Origin: Planctomycetota bacterium
GTDB lineage: Bacteria > Planctomycetota > UBA1135 > UBA2386
Length of the DNA stretch: 64,000 bases
Reading direction: 5' to 3'
Assembly (NCBI GenBank): GCA_046290465.1
Contig: JBKAGP010000001.1
Location: forward strand, 2,528,001 to 2,592,000
Shown here: positions 12,735-24,545 of the stretch, piece by piece
Layout: the number at the start of each line of letters is the position of its first letter
Numbering within the stretch: position 1 is the first letter of the stretch
Translations under genes and position numbers: made by a program
The notes under the pieces: generated by a model
Seen by the model: only the letters and a program-made list of their open reading frames with translations
Databases searched by the model: none
What the model was told of the DNA's origin: nothing

Positions 12735-15700
12735 CGTTGGATGTAGATGCGGGTCTGGTGCCACGCGTAGTGCACCTGCGCTCCCTGCCGGAAGCACTCG
12801 ATACGGAGCAGGTAGCTGCCCTCGGGGAAGTCCGCGACCGGCACGCTCCACGTGTAGCTCTCGTCGCCGGCGCTGTTGTCCGACTCGATGTGGATCGCGC
12901 TGGACGGCCGTTCGCCGGGCGTCGCCAGCGCGTTGTCCTGCATGTAGTAGTAGCTGCCGCCGTTGTCGTTGGAGTACATCAGCACGTACTCCATCTCGTT
13001 CTCGTCCTCGGCGAACGTGCCGGTCTGGGTGTAGGGCTGGCCGTCCCAGCGCACCCAGTCGATGCCGAACAGCACGTCGATGTCGGTCGGGTTGTTGAGC
13101 TCGGTGATGTCGGTCGGCGACTCGATCTCGACACGCGGCATCTGCTTGATGCGGAGCGTGTTGCCGGTGTCGCCGGCCTCGAGGTACGAGTGCACCAGCG
13201 ACAGCACCGCCCACTTGGCGATGAACGACGTGCCCGACTCGACCACCTTGTCGATGCCGTTGACGACCACGTAGCCGGCCGACGTGCCGCCCGGGTTCTC
13301 CAGCTTGATCAGGCCGGAGCCGGTGCCGGAGCCGTGCGTGTAGTACGTCTGGTAGAGAGAGCCGGTGTAGCGCGTCGAATACGGCGCGAAGTTCCAGTGG
13401 CTGCCGCCACTCCCACCGTAGTTGAGCTGGAACGGGCGGCTGATCGGCGCCGACGACGGCATGGTCATGCTGTAGTTGTCGGCTACTTCCTGACCGACAG
13501 ACGTCAACGCCCCATTGCCGCTGGTCGAAACGTGCCGGAAGCGCGACGACGAAGTGCCAATGTTGAAGAATGCCGAGCACCCGTTGACCGACGTCCGCTG
13601 GTGGTTGTCGTAGATCGCCGTGCCGTAGGCCAGACGCGGTGACACCGCATACGCGATGTTCGACCGGTACTGGAACACGCTTCCCGTCGAGCTGCCGGCG
13701 GGCAGGTTCCCGCGCACCGACCCACCCGACGCGTCGAAGAACGACGAAGCGAGGTCGTCCGGGTAGAGTTCCCCAAGCCACGGGAAACCCGACCACCATC
13801 CCGACGGCAGGCTCGTTACCGCAAGCCTGCGCGCCGACGTGATGGTGTTGATGAAGCCCGTGCCAGTGCCGTAGTGCGGCGTCAGGTCGCTCGGGATCGC
13901 ATTGGGGTAGCCGTTCGCAGCGTCGTAGCCGATGTCGTTGCCGACCCCGAGGTAGTAGTACGAGAAGCCGGTCAGCGACGTGTAGACGCAGGCGCTCTCG
14001 ACCAGGCCGTTGCGCAGCAGTTCGAAGTAGCGCGGCACGTCGCACCACATCGCGTTGTCCCAACGGTTGCGCAGGTGGCTGCTGTCGATCGTGACGAAGT
14101 CCGCGGTCGCGCTGTTGGTGTTGTTGAGGCTGTCGTGGTACCAGTTGTAGCTGTTGGGGAAGTCGTCGCCGCCCTCGAAGCAGTCCTTGTAGGGCAGGTG
14201 CCGCGGGTCCCCGTGGAACTGGGCGCGCTCGGTCATCGGCACGTCCTCGGCGCTGTCCGTCCACCACGCGTAGGTCGTCGACAGGTTGTCGGGCTGGATC
14301 GCGCCCGGGAACATCGTGCCGCTCGACTCCCAGTCGGAGTCACCGCCGCTCATGTTGCTGGCGATGCGCGTCTTGACCGTCATCAGCACGTCGCCCGTCG
14401 GGTCGTAGTTCGAGCCGCCGGCGTCGACGAACAGGTTGCTGGTCAGCACGTCCGGATCGAGCTCGAGCGTCCACCGCGCGGTGTTCTTCGGCCCGACCGC
14501 GTCGTCGTCACAGAGCTCCTTGCCGTCGAACGTCGGCCCCGCCGCCACCGGCGACGGGATGTACTCCATCATGTAGAGCCGCGCGCGTTGCGTGTTGGCC
14601 AGCCCCTTGTTGTTGACCAGCGTGCAGGACAGCGGCGTGTTGTAGAGGTAGATCCGCGTGAACGGGTCCGAGCCGCCGACGAACTCGGCGCGGTAGTACA
14701 TCTGCTCGGCCGCGACCGCGACGTCGTCGGCGTGCACCGCGTCCTGCCAGTCGTTCGGGTACTCGTTGAGGCCGTTGGCCCAGACGCCGCCGTAGATGTG
14801 CTTGAGCCGCGCGTCCGCGATCAGCCGGTCCTCGTCGGCGTCGCCGTGGTCGATCAGGTCGATGCCCATCACCTCGACGACCATCGGCTCGGTCATGCGG
14901 TCCGACCCCGAGTAGTGCATCGGGTAGTCGGTGTAGGCATACATCCGGAACCGCAGCGGATCGGTGGTGCCACCGTCGTCGTTCTTGGTGCGCAGCTCTT
15001 CTGGGTGCGTGACCACGCGCCAGTTGGGGTGGTTGACCGGGTCCTTGGCCGCGTCGCTGAAGTTGCGCAGCGCCGGCATCGGCAGCAGCTCCCCGTGCAG
15101 GTTGATGATCAGCGCGTTCTTGTACTTGTCCGGGTCGGTGTTGAGGTCGTCGAGCAGCAGCCGCATGGTCGGCTCCTTCGACATGTCGACCAGCTCGTCC
15201 GGCGGCGTCGTACCGGCCAGTTCGGCCGCCTGGATCGCCTGCTCGCGCGCCGTCACCAGCGCCACGCGGGTGTCCCAGAGGGCCTTCTCCTCCGGGTAGC
15301 GCATCGCGTGGTTGAAGAAGTCGGCGAGCGCGTACGGGTAGGGGTTGGTGGTCGCGTCGTAGCCGTTGGTCTCGGTGCCGTCGACGTTGATGCGCGCCTT
15401 GATGTTGTCCGGGACGTAGTAGTAGCTCGACGCGTTGCCGTCCGGCATCCGGCCCGGGTAGTGGTAGACGTCCGGGATCACCTCGTGGCTGTCGAGCGCC
15501 TCGTTGGTGTAGGGACGGTAGGCCTGGTTGCGACCGAAGCCGGCCTTGGTGATCCAGTGCGTGCGGAACGACAGGCCCGGATTGCGGTTCTCGAGGTCGG
15601 TGATCATCGACTCGACGAACGGCTTGATCGAGTCCATGAAGACCCACCAGCCGGGGATGTTCTCGATCGCGAGCAGGTAGACGTCGTAGACCTGCGTCGT

Positions 15701-16228
15701 CGGGAACGCGCTGCCGGCCGAGTTGATGACCGCCGACAGGTCCGCCATCGGGTTCTCGGTGCCGTCCCGGCCGCGCTTGAAGATGCGCACCGTCACGTAG
15801 CGCACGTTGCGGTTGTTGAGGCCGAGGAACGGCTGCACCTGGATCCGGCGCGTCCAGACCCACTGGCCCTCGCGCTGGTAGTTGCCCGAGACCGCGTGGT
15901 CGGCGAGCACCAGCGTGCCGACGCCGGGGTCACCGGTGCCCGGCTGGGTCTGGATCGTCAGCGTGTTCTTGGTGCCGACGCCGTCGTCGAGGATGTCGAG
16001 GTCGACGGCCGCCTCGATGTCGCCGCGGTCGACGAACGCCTGGATCTCCGACAGGATCGCCTGCGCCTTGGAGTAGGCGAACACGCGGTCCCGTTCGGTG
16101 GCGGTCGTAGAATAGTTGACCGAGATGTGGTTGATCAGCACCACCGCACCGATCACCAGGATGAGGATCGCGAACGTGAGTTCGGCGAACGTGAAACCAG
16201 CCTCCTTCTTCGGCCCGGACTTTCGCAT
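12731..16228 (-). CDS. Giant (~1165 aa) prepilin-type protein with large extracellular body
   Basis: RBS AAGGAG; MRKSGPKKEAG|FTFAELTFAILILVIGAVVL class III signal; Y/N/D/G/T/S-rich body. Confidence 0.8.
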   Translation of the reverse strand: MRKSGPKKEAGFTFAELTFAILILVIGAVVLINHISVNYSTTATERDRVFAYSKAQAILSEIQAFVDRGDIEAAVDLDILDDGVGTKNTLTIQTQPGTGDPGVGTLVLADHAVSGNYQREGQWVWTRRIQVQPFLGLNNRNVRYVTVRIFKRGRDGTENPMADLSAVINSAGSAFPTTQVYDVYLLAIENIPGWWVFMDSIKPFVESMITDLENRNPGLSFRTHWITKAGFGRNQAYRPYTNEALDSHEVIPDVYHYPGRMPDGNASSYYYVPDNIKARINVDGTETNGYDATTNPYPYALADFFNHAMRYPEEKALWDTRVALVTAREQAIQAAELAGTTPPDELVDMSKEPTMRLLLDDLNTDPDKYKNALIINLHGELLPMPALRNFSDAAKDPVNHPNWRVVTHPEELRTKNDDGGTTDPLRFRMYAYTDYPMHYSGSDRMTEPMVVEVMGIDLIDHGDADEDRLIADARLKHIYGGVWANGLNEYPNDWQDAVHADDVAVAAEQMYYRAEFVGGSDPFTRIYLYNTPLSCTLVNNKGLANTQRARLYMMEYIPSPVAAGPTFDGKELCDDDAVGPKNTARWTLELDPDVLTSNLFVDAGGSNYDPTGDVLMTVKTRIASNMSGGDSDWESSGTMFPGAIQPDNLSTTYAWWTDSAEDVPMTERAQFHGDPRHLPYKDCFEGGDDFPNSYNWYHDSLNNTNSATADFVTIDSSHLRNRWDNAMWCDVPRYFELLRNGLVESACVYTSLTGFSYYYLGVGNDIGYDAANGYPNAIPSDLTPHYGTGTGFINTITSARRLAVTSLPSGWWSGFPWLGELYPDDLASSFFDASGGSVRGNLPAGSSTGSVFQYRSNIAYAVSPRLAYGTAIYDNHQRTSVNGCSAFFNIGTSSSRFRHVSTSGNGALTSVGQEVADNYSMTMPSSAPISRPFQLNYGGSGGSHWNFAPYSTRYTGSLYQTYYTHGSGTGSGLIKLENPGGTSAGYVVVNGIDKVVESGTSFIAKWAVLSLVHSYLEAGDTGNTLRIKQMPRVEIESPTDITELNNPTDIDVLFGIDWVRWDGQPYTQTGTFAEDENEMEYVLMYSNDNGGSYYYMQDNALATPGERPSSAIHIESDNSAGDESYTWSVPVADFPEGSYLLRIECFRQGAQVHYAWHQTRIYIQR

Positions 16229-16399
16229 GGAGAGCTCCTTGTTGAATCGCCGCGGCATGGTCCGTGGGCTATCGGCAGTTCGGGCCCTCGGGGTGGTGGC
16301 GAACCGACCCGCGGGTCCCATCGCGGGACCGCCGGCGCCGAGTCCCCGGCAGCGTCGACGTTTGCAACACCGCCCGCCGCGACCCATGCTGCTGCCCAC

Positions 16400-18166
16400 G
16401 TGTCCTGGCTCCGCTCGCTGACCCGCGCCTTCCGCCGCCCGTTCGGCCATCTGCGCCGCTACTGGCCGATGGTGCTGGTCGGCATGCTGCTCGTCCCCGT
16501 GCACGCGGCGGCGATGCTGTGGATGCCGCGGCTGCTGGGCGAGACCCTCGACCACCTCGCCGCAGGCGGGGATCGCGCCGAGCTGGCGTCGATCTGCTGG
16601 CTGCTGCTGGCGCTGGCCGCGGTCGAAGGCGTGTCGCGGTTCGTCTCGCGCAAGCTGCTGATCGACGCGTCGCGGCTGGTCGAGCAGTCCCTCAAGGACG
16701 ACATGGTCGCCCACCTGCACCGGCTGCCGATCGGCTGGTACGACGACGCCAAGACCGGCGACCTGACCTCGCGCATGACGCAGGACGTCGAGCTGGTCCG
16801 CTTCGTCATGGGCCCGCTGCTGCTGCACGGCGGCAGCACGCTGTGCCTGCTGCCGGCCGGCCTGGTGCTGATGCTGTCGATGGACGTGCCGGTCGCGCTG
16901 GCCAGCCTGCTGGCGCTGATGACGGTGTTCGTGGCGATGAAGTTCGTGCTGCCGAAGTTGCACACCTGGAGCAAGAAGTCGCAGGAGGCGATCGCCGAGG
17001 TCTCGCAGCAGGCGCAGGAGGACTTCGCCGGGGTCCGCGTCGTGCAGCAGTTCGACGGCGTGCCGCGCGAGCTCGCCGCGATGGCGACCAAGAACCGTCG
17101 CTACCTGCTGGCCAACCTGCGGCTGGTGCGGCTGCGCTCGCTGCTCAACGCGCTGATGCACTCGAGCACCGGCGTGGTGATGCTGGGCGTGCTGCTGGTC
17201 GGCGGCCACCAGGTCATCACCGGTCGGATCACGGTCGGCGAGCTGTTCCAGTTCACCGGCTACCTGGCGCTGATGACGTTCCCGCTGCAGATCCTCGGCT
17301 GGACGATCGCGATGATCCCGCGCGCCCAGGCGGCCGCCGAACGCATCGAGGAGCTGTTCGCGGCCGCGCCCGAAGCGCAGACCGGCGCCCGGCCGGCGCT
17401 GCGCGGCGACGTCGAGGTGCGCCAGCTGACGTTCACGTATCCCAAGGGCGATACGCCGGCGCTGCGCGACGTGTCGTTCGAGCTGCGCGCCGGGCAGAAG
17501 CTCGGGCTGGTCGGCCCGGTCGGCAGCGGCAAGTCGACGCTGCTGGAGCTGTTGCTGCGCTTCTACGACCCGCCACCGGGCACCGTGTTCGTCGACGGCC
17601 ACGACGTGCTCGAGCTCGACCCGCGCGCGCTGCGCGAGCTGTTCGCGCTGGCGCAGCAGGAGCCGTTCTTGTTCAGCGACACCGTCGCCAACAACGTGAC
17701 CTTCGACGACGACGGGATCGACGCCCAGCGGCGCGACGACGCGGTCGCCGCCGCTGCGCTCGACCAGGACCTGCCGCAGCTGCGCGACGGCCTAGACACG
17801 ATCGTCGGCGAACGCGGCGTGACGCTGTCCGGCGGCCAGAAGCAGCGCGTGTCGCTGGCGCGCGCGGTGCTCAGCGACCGCAAGGGCCTGCTGCTCGACG
17901 ACACCCTGTCGGCCGTCGACCCCACCACCGAACGGCGCATCCTCACCGGCCTCGGCAGCGCCCGCGACGGCCGCACCGTGATCGCCGCGACCCACCGGCT
18001 GTCGGTGACCACCGACGCGGACCTGATCCTGGTGCTCGACCAGGGCGCCGTGCAGGAGCGCGGCAGTCACCAGCAGCTGCTGCAGGCCGGCGGCCGCTAC
18101 GCCGCCGCCTGGCGCCGCCAGACCGAGGCGCGCGCGCTCGAGAGCGGCAGCGAGGAGGCCTCGTGA
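16400..18166 (+). CDS. ABC exporter, fused permease/ATPase, subunit A of a heterodimer (MdlA-like)
   Basis: TM domain with TGDLTSRMTQD, GPVGSGKS, GERGVTLSGGQKQR and degenerate Walker B LLLDDTLSAVD. Confidence 0.9.
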   Translation: MSWLRSLTRAFRRPFGHLRRYWPMVLVGMLLVPVHAAAMLWMPRLLGETLDHLAAGGDRAELASICWLLLALAAVEGVSRFVSRKLLIDASRLVEQSLKDDMVAHLHRLPIGWYDDAKTGDLTSRMTQDVELVRFVMGPLLLHGGSTLCLLPAGLVLMLSMDVPVALASLLALMTVFVAMKFVLPKLHTWSKKSQEAIAEVSQQAQEDFAGVRVVQQFDGVPRELAAMATKNRRYLLANLRLVRLRSLLNALMHSSTGVVMLGVLLVGGHQVITGRITVGELFQFTGYLALMTFPLQILGWTIAMIPRAQAAAERIEELFAAAPEAQTGARPALRGDVEVRQLTFTYPKGDTPALRDVSFELRAGQKLGLVGPVGSGKSTLLELLLRFYDPPPGTVFVDGHDVLELDPRALRELFALAQQEPFLFSDTVANNVTFDDDGIDAQRRDDAVAAAALDQDLPQLRDGLDTIVGERGVTLSGGQKQRVSLARAVLSDRKGLLLDDTLSAVDPTTERRILTGLGSARDGRTVIAATHRLSVTTDADLILVLDQGAVQERGSHQQLLQAGGRYAAAWRRQTEARALESGSEEAS

Positions 18167-19959
18167 GCGCGCCGTACGACGACGACCTGCCCGAAGCGCG
18201 CTTCCAGCTGGCGTTCCTGCGCGAGCTGTGGCCGTTCGTGAGACCCTACCGGCGCGGCTTCGCGGCGTGCCTGTTGATCCTGTTGGTGTCGTTCGGGCTG
18301 GAGCTGGCCGGGCCGTGGCTGATGCGCCACGCGATCGACGGCCCGATGCGCGACGTCACGGCCGACGAGCACGGCCGGCTGGCGTCGCTGTGGTGGTACG
18401 GCGCCGGCTTCCTCGGCGTCACCGCCGGCGGCGCGCTGCTCGGCTACGTCTACGGCTTGTTGACCGCGTGGAACGGCCAGCGCGTGATCCGCGACGTGCG
18501 CCGCCGGGTGTTCTCGCACGTGCTGTCGACCGACCTCGCGTTCCACGAACGCAACCCCGCCGGCAAGCTGACGACCCGCGTCACCAGCGACGTCGAGAAC
18601 CTCAACGAGCTGATCGCGACCGGCGTGCTGCAGTCGGTGTTCGACCTGCTCAAGATCGTCGGCGTGCTCGTCGTGCTGTTCTTCCTCGACGTCGAGCTGG
18701 CCCTGTTCACGGTCGCGACGACGCCGGTCGTGGTGATCCTGAGCGTGATCTTCCGCCGCAAGGCACAGGCCGCCTACCGCGCCGTGCGCAGCCGACTGGC
18801 GCTGCAGAACGCGTTCGCGACCGAGCTGATCGGCGGCGTGCGCACCAGCCGCGCCTACGGTCGCGAGCAGGCCGTCGCCCGCAAGTACGCGGAGCGCAAC
18901 CAGGCAACCACGGACGCGTGGAAGGACACCGTCCTGCACTTCTCGACGTTCTTCTCGCTGGTCGACTTCGCGCTGCGCGCGACCACCGTCGGCCTGCTCT
19001 GGTTCGGCGGCGTCGCGGTGCTCGACGGCGACCTGCAGCCGGGGCAGTTCATCCAGTTCTGGCTCTACTTCAGCATGCTGTCTGGCCCGGTGCGCGAACT
19101 CGGCGAGAAGTACAACGTGCTGCAGGCGGCGTTCGCCAGCTGCGAACGGATCTTCCAGCTGCTGGCCGAACCGACGTTCCCGCCGCCGCGGCCGGCGGAT
19201 CGGCCCGCCATCGACAGCGCGCGGCGCGGCGCCGCGCGGGTCCGATTCGACGACGTGACGTTCGCCTACGGCGACGGACCGACCGTGCTCGACGGCATCT
19301 CGTTCACCGCCGAACCCGGCCAGACCATCGCCATCGTCGGGCCGACCGGCGCGGGCAAGACCACGCTGCTGTCGCTGGTGGCGCGGCTGCGCGAGGTGCG
19401 CTCGGGCAGCGTCGCCGTCGACGACGTCGACGTGCGCGACCTCGACCTGTCGCAGCTGCGCCGGCGGATCGCGTTCGTGGCGCAGGACCTGTTCTTGTTC
19501 ACCGGCAGCGTGCTCGACAACGTGCGGCTGTTCGACCCGGCCATCGGCGAGGACGCGGTGTGGCGCGCGCTCGAGACCGTCGGCGCCGCCGAGTTCGTGC
19601 GCGCGCTGCCCGCGGGCCTGCAGTCCCCGGTCGCCGAACGCGGCGCGACGTTCAGCCAGGGCCAGCGGCAGCTGCTGGCGTTCGCCCGCGCGCTGGTCAC
19701 CGAGCCGGACCTGCTGGTGCTCGACGAGGCGACGGCCAGCATCGACAGCGAGTCGGAGGCGCGCCTGCAGAACGCGCTCGACGTCGCGCTGCGCGGCCGC
19801 ACCGCGCTGGTGGTCGCCCACCGCCTGTCGACGGTGCGCAACGCCGACCAGATCCTGGTGCTCGACGGCGGCCGCATCACCGAGCGCGGCACGCACGACC
19901 AGCTGGTCGCGCGCGGCGGCCACTACGCGCGCATGACCCGGCACGCGGCGGCCGGGTGA
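18163..19959 (+). CDS. ABC exporter, fused permease/ATPase, subunit B (MdlB-like)
   Basis: GTGA overlap; GKLTTRVTSD, GPTGAGKT, FSQGQRQL, LVLDEATASID and VAHRLST. Confidence 0.9.
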   Translation: MSAPYDDDLPEARFQLAFLRELWPFVRPYRRGFAACLLILLVSFGLELAGPWLMRHAIDGPMRDVTADEHGRLASLWWYGAGFLGVTAGGALLGYVYGLLTAWNGQRVIRDVRRRVFSHVLSTDLAFHERNPAGKLTTRVTSDVENLNELIATGVLQSVFDLLKIVGVLVVLFFLDVELALFTVATTPVVVILSVIFRRKAQAAYRAVRSRLALQNAFATELIGGVRTSRAYGREQAVARKYAERNQATTDAWKDTVLHFSTFFSLVDFALRATTVGLLWFGGVAVLDGDLQPGQFIQFWLYFSMLSGPVRELGEKYNVLQAAFASCERIFQLLAEPTFPPPRPADRPAIDSARRGAARVRFDDVTFAYGDGPTVLDGISFTAEPGQTIAIVGPTGAGKTTLLSLVARLREVRSGSVAVDDVDVRDLDLSQLRRRIAFVAQDLFLFTGSVLDNVRLFDPAIGEDAVWRALETVGAAEFVRALPAGLQSPVAERGATFSQGQRQLLAFARALVTEPDLLVLDEATASIDSESEARLQNALDVALRGRTALVVAHRLSTVRNADQILVLDGGRITERGTHDQLVARGGHYARMTRHAAAG

Positions 19960-19968
19960 GCGCCGCGG

Positions 19969-21129
19969 CTACTTCTTCGCGAACTCCTTCGGGAGGTCGC
20001 CGGTCAGCGCGTTCAGGAAGGCGACCAGCGCCTCGACCTGCTCCGGCTTCAGCTTCTTGTTGAGCTGGTTGTCGGCCATGTCCTTGACGGCGTCCTCGAG
20101 CGTCGCGATCGAACCGTCGTGGTAGTACGGCGCGGTCTTCGCGACGTTGAGCAGGCTCGGCACCTTGAACATGTACTTGTCGCTCTCCTGGCCGGTCACC
20201 TGCATGCGCCCGGTGTCCTTGCCGCTGTACGGCTTCAGCACGCCGAGCTTCTGGTAGGTGTGGCCGCCGAGCAGGCGGGTCATGTGGCACTGCGTGCAGC
20301 CGACGTCCATGAACGTCTTGAGACCGAGCAGCTCCTCGTTGCTCATCGCCTTCTGGTTGCCGTCGAGGTAGGCGTCCCACTTGGACTTCGTCACCAGCGT
20401 GCGCTCGAACGCGCCGATCGCGGCGCCGAGGTTGCCGGCCGTGATCGGATCGTCCTGACCGGGGAAGGCCTTCTGGAACAGGCCGACGAGCCGGTCCTGC
20501 TCCTTGATCTTGGTGATCGCCGCGGCGGTGTCGGCGAACCCGTGCGCGATCGGATCGACGACCTGCGCTTCGACCGACTCGCTGCGCCCGTCCCAGAACT
20601 GCCGGAAGTGGCGGAACGCGTTGTAGGTCGTCGGCGCGTTGCGGTCGCCCTTCTCCCCGGACGAGGTCTTCTGGTTGTCGACGCCGTAGTTGGCGAGGTC
20701 GTGGCACGACGCGCAGCTCTGCTCGCTGTTCGCCGACAGGCCACGAGCGTGGTAGAGCGCGTTGCCGAGCGCGACCAGGTCGGGCGTCGCCTCGACCTCG
20801 GCCTTCGGCGACGACGGGTCGTTGCCGAACAGCGGCTTGACCAGCGCGGTGTTGATGCGCGGCCGACGGATGCGCTTCTTCGGCTTCGGATCCTGTGGTG
20901 CGTCGGCCTTCGGTGCGGCCGCATTCGAGGTGCCGTTCGCAGGCGTATCGGCCTTCTGCGCGTTGGCATCCGCCTGGCCGTCGCCGCCCCCGTTCGAAGC
21001 AACCTCACCGCTGCCGGACGAGGAGGAGTTGGTGTTCGCCGCGTTCTGCGGCGAGGTCTTCGTCTCGCCGCCACAGGCGAGCAACAGGACGACCGGCAGG
21101 CAGCCAGTCAGCAGGGATCCGATCTTCAT
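19969..21129 (-). CDS. Di-heme cytochrome c peroxidase/MauG-family lipoprotein
   Basis: Lipobox LLLAC; two CxxCH (CASCH, CTQCH); RNAPT, QFWDGR and FKVPSLLNV..TAPYYHDG. Confidence 0.85.
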   Translation of the reverse strand: MKIGSLLTGCLPVVLLLACGGETKTSPQNAANTNSSSSGSGEVASNGGGDGQADANAQKADTPANGTSNAAAPKADAPQDPKPKKRIRRPRINTALVKPLFGNDPSSPKAEVEATPDLVALGNALYHARGLSANSEQSCASCHDLANYGVDNQKTSSGEKGDRNAPTTYNAFRHFRQFWDGRSESVEAQVVDPIAHGFADTAAAITKIKEQDRLVGLFQKAFPGQDDPITAGNLGAAIGAFERTLVTKSKWDAYLDGNQKAMSNEELLGLKTFMDVGCTQCHMTRLLGGHTYQKLGVLKPYSGKDTGRMQVTGQESDKYMFKVPSLLNVAKTAPYYHDGSIATLEDAVKDMADNQLNKKLKPEQVEALVAFLNALTGDLPKEFAKK

Positions 21130-21349
21130 GGTGGTAGGTGTAGGGCGCGTCCGGATGACTTTCACGTGATGCAACTTCCGGTGGCCGAACGGGATTTCAT
21201 CTGCGGTGCTCGCAACGGCTTGCAGCGCGCATCGCCCCGCCGCGGTCGCCGCCGGCCGCGCGCCGGATCGCAACGGGCCATGTAACGACCTGGTGCACAA
21301 GGACATGCCGCTTGCATCCAAAGGACGGGAGCGGCGATAACCCAAGACG

Positions 21350-21928
21350 ATGTCCGGTCTGATTCTGGGGAGCGGCTCGCGCTATCGGCGGCTGCTGATG
21401 GAGCGACTACAAGTGCCGTTCGACGTCGAGGTTCCCGACGTCGACGAGGCACCGGCCAAGGCCAGCGGCGCGCAGCCGCAGGCGATCGTGCAGGAGCTGG
21501 CCCGGACCAAGGCGCGCGCGGTCTTCGACCGCCACCCGAAGTCGGTGGTGATCGGCTGCGACCAGGCAGCCGTGCTCGAGGGCGATCTGCTCAGCAAGCC
21601 GCACACCGAGGCCAATGCGATCGCGCAGCTGCAGTCGCTGCGCGGCCGCGAACACCGCCTGATCACGGCCGTCGCGATCGCACACCACGACGGCCTGGTC
21701 GAGTTCACCGACATCACGCGCCTGACCATGCGCGCCCTCAGCGACGCCGAGATCGAGCGCTACGTGCAGCGCGAGCAACCGCTGGACTGCGCTGGCAGCT
21801 ACAAGATCGAAGGTCTCGGGGTGACGTTGTTCGATCGGATCGACACGCGCGACCACACCGCGATCATCGGCCTGCCGCTGATGCAGCTGTGCGCCGAGCT
21901 GCGCAAGCTGGGCGTGGCCCTGCCGTAG
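21350..21928 (+). CDS. maf: Maf family nucleoside triphosphate pyrophosphatase (YceF-like)
   Basis: LILGSGSRYRR, VIGCDQ, LSKP, PLDCAGSYKIE and IIGLPL. Confidence 0.9.
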   Translation: MSGLILGSGSRYRRLLMERLQVPFDVEVPDVDEAPAKASGAQPQAIVQELARTKARAVFDRHPKSVVIGCDQAAVLEGDLLSKPHTEANAIAQLQSLRGREHRLITAVAIAHHDGLVEFTDITRLTMRALSDAEIERYVQREQPLDCAGSYKIEGLGVTLFDRIDTRDHTAIIGLPLMQLCAELRKLGVALP

Positions 21929-21934
21929 CGGGGT

Positions 21935-22582
21935 CTACCAGTAGACGTCGATGCAGGCGCGCACGCGCGCCAGCACCTCGCGACCGCGGTTCTTCCACAG
22001 CACCGGCAGCGAGTAGGTGGAGAGCGGCGGAGCCGCGACGCCGTAGGTCTCGAGGCCGAAGTGGCGGCCGAGGAACACCATGCGCGGCACGTGGAAGTCG
22101 TTGCTGGCGACGATCGCCGACGACATGCCGAAGGTCCGGCGACAGTTGCGCAGCGAGTCGATGGTGCGCAGGCCGTCGGGGTCGTCATGGATGGCAGCCG
22201 GCGGCACGCCGCGACGCTGCAGCCAGCGACGCATCGCCCCCACCTCGTCGACGGCAACCGACCCGCCGCCGCGGCCGCTGACGACGATCGCCGGCGCCTT
22301 GCCGTGGCGAAACAGGTCCAGCGCGGCCGCCAGCCGGTCCTCCAGCATCGAATAGGGTCGCCCGTCGGCGTGGATCCGGGCGCCGGGCACCAGGATGCAG
22401 TCGGCCTGCGGCGCGTCCGCGACCCCGTGCAGGAACGGCTCGGCGCCCTGGACCACGTGGCGCTGAACCAGCCATACCGCCGCGCACAGCAGCAGGGTCA
22501 GCACCAGCAGCCCACGCCTGAGCCGGCGCAGGCGGCGGCGGCGCGCCGGCGGTGCCGGGGCCTGTTGTTCGGGATTCTTCAC
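21935..22582 (-). CDS. SanA/YdcF/ElyC (DUF218) family membrane-anchored protein
   Basis: [37 protein letters not shown] and REVLARV. Start is uncertain. Confidence 0.85.
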   Translation of the reverse strand: MKNPEQQAPAPPARRRRLRRLRRGLLVLTLLLCAAVWLVQRHVVQGAEPFLHGVADAPQADCILVPGARIHADGRPYSMLEDRLAAALDLFRHGKAPAIVVSGRGGGSVAVDEVGAMRRWLQRRGVPPAAIHDDPDGLRTIDSLRNCRRTFGMSSAIVASNDFHVPRMVFLGRHFGLETYGVAAPPLSTYSLPVLWKNRGREVLARVRACIDVYW

Positions 22583-22686
22583 GGCACGGCTCCGGGCCGC
22601 AGTTGACCGCCGATTCGCTTTCGCGACAATCCTTCGCCGCCTTTCCAGGCCGCAGCACCACCAGACGCCACCAGCAGCCACCTTTC

Positions 22687-24522
<1,836 letters not shown>

Positions 24523-24545
24523 CAACCCGCTAGACTGCAGCGCGC

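Noticed and set aside
13340..13920. Variable patch as a diversity-generating retroelement target
   Set aside because: No template repeat or reverse transcriptase is seen in the window, and the patch is not at the extreme C-terminus.
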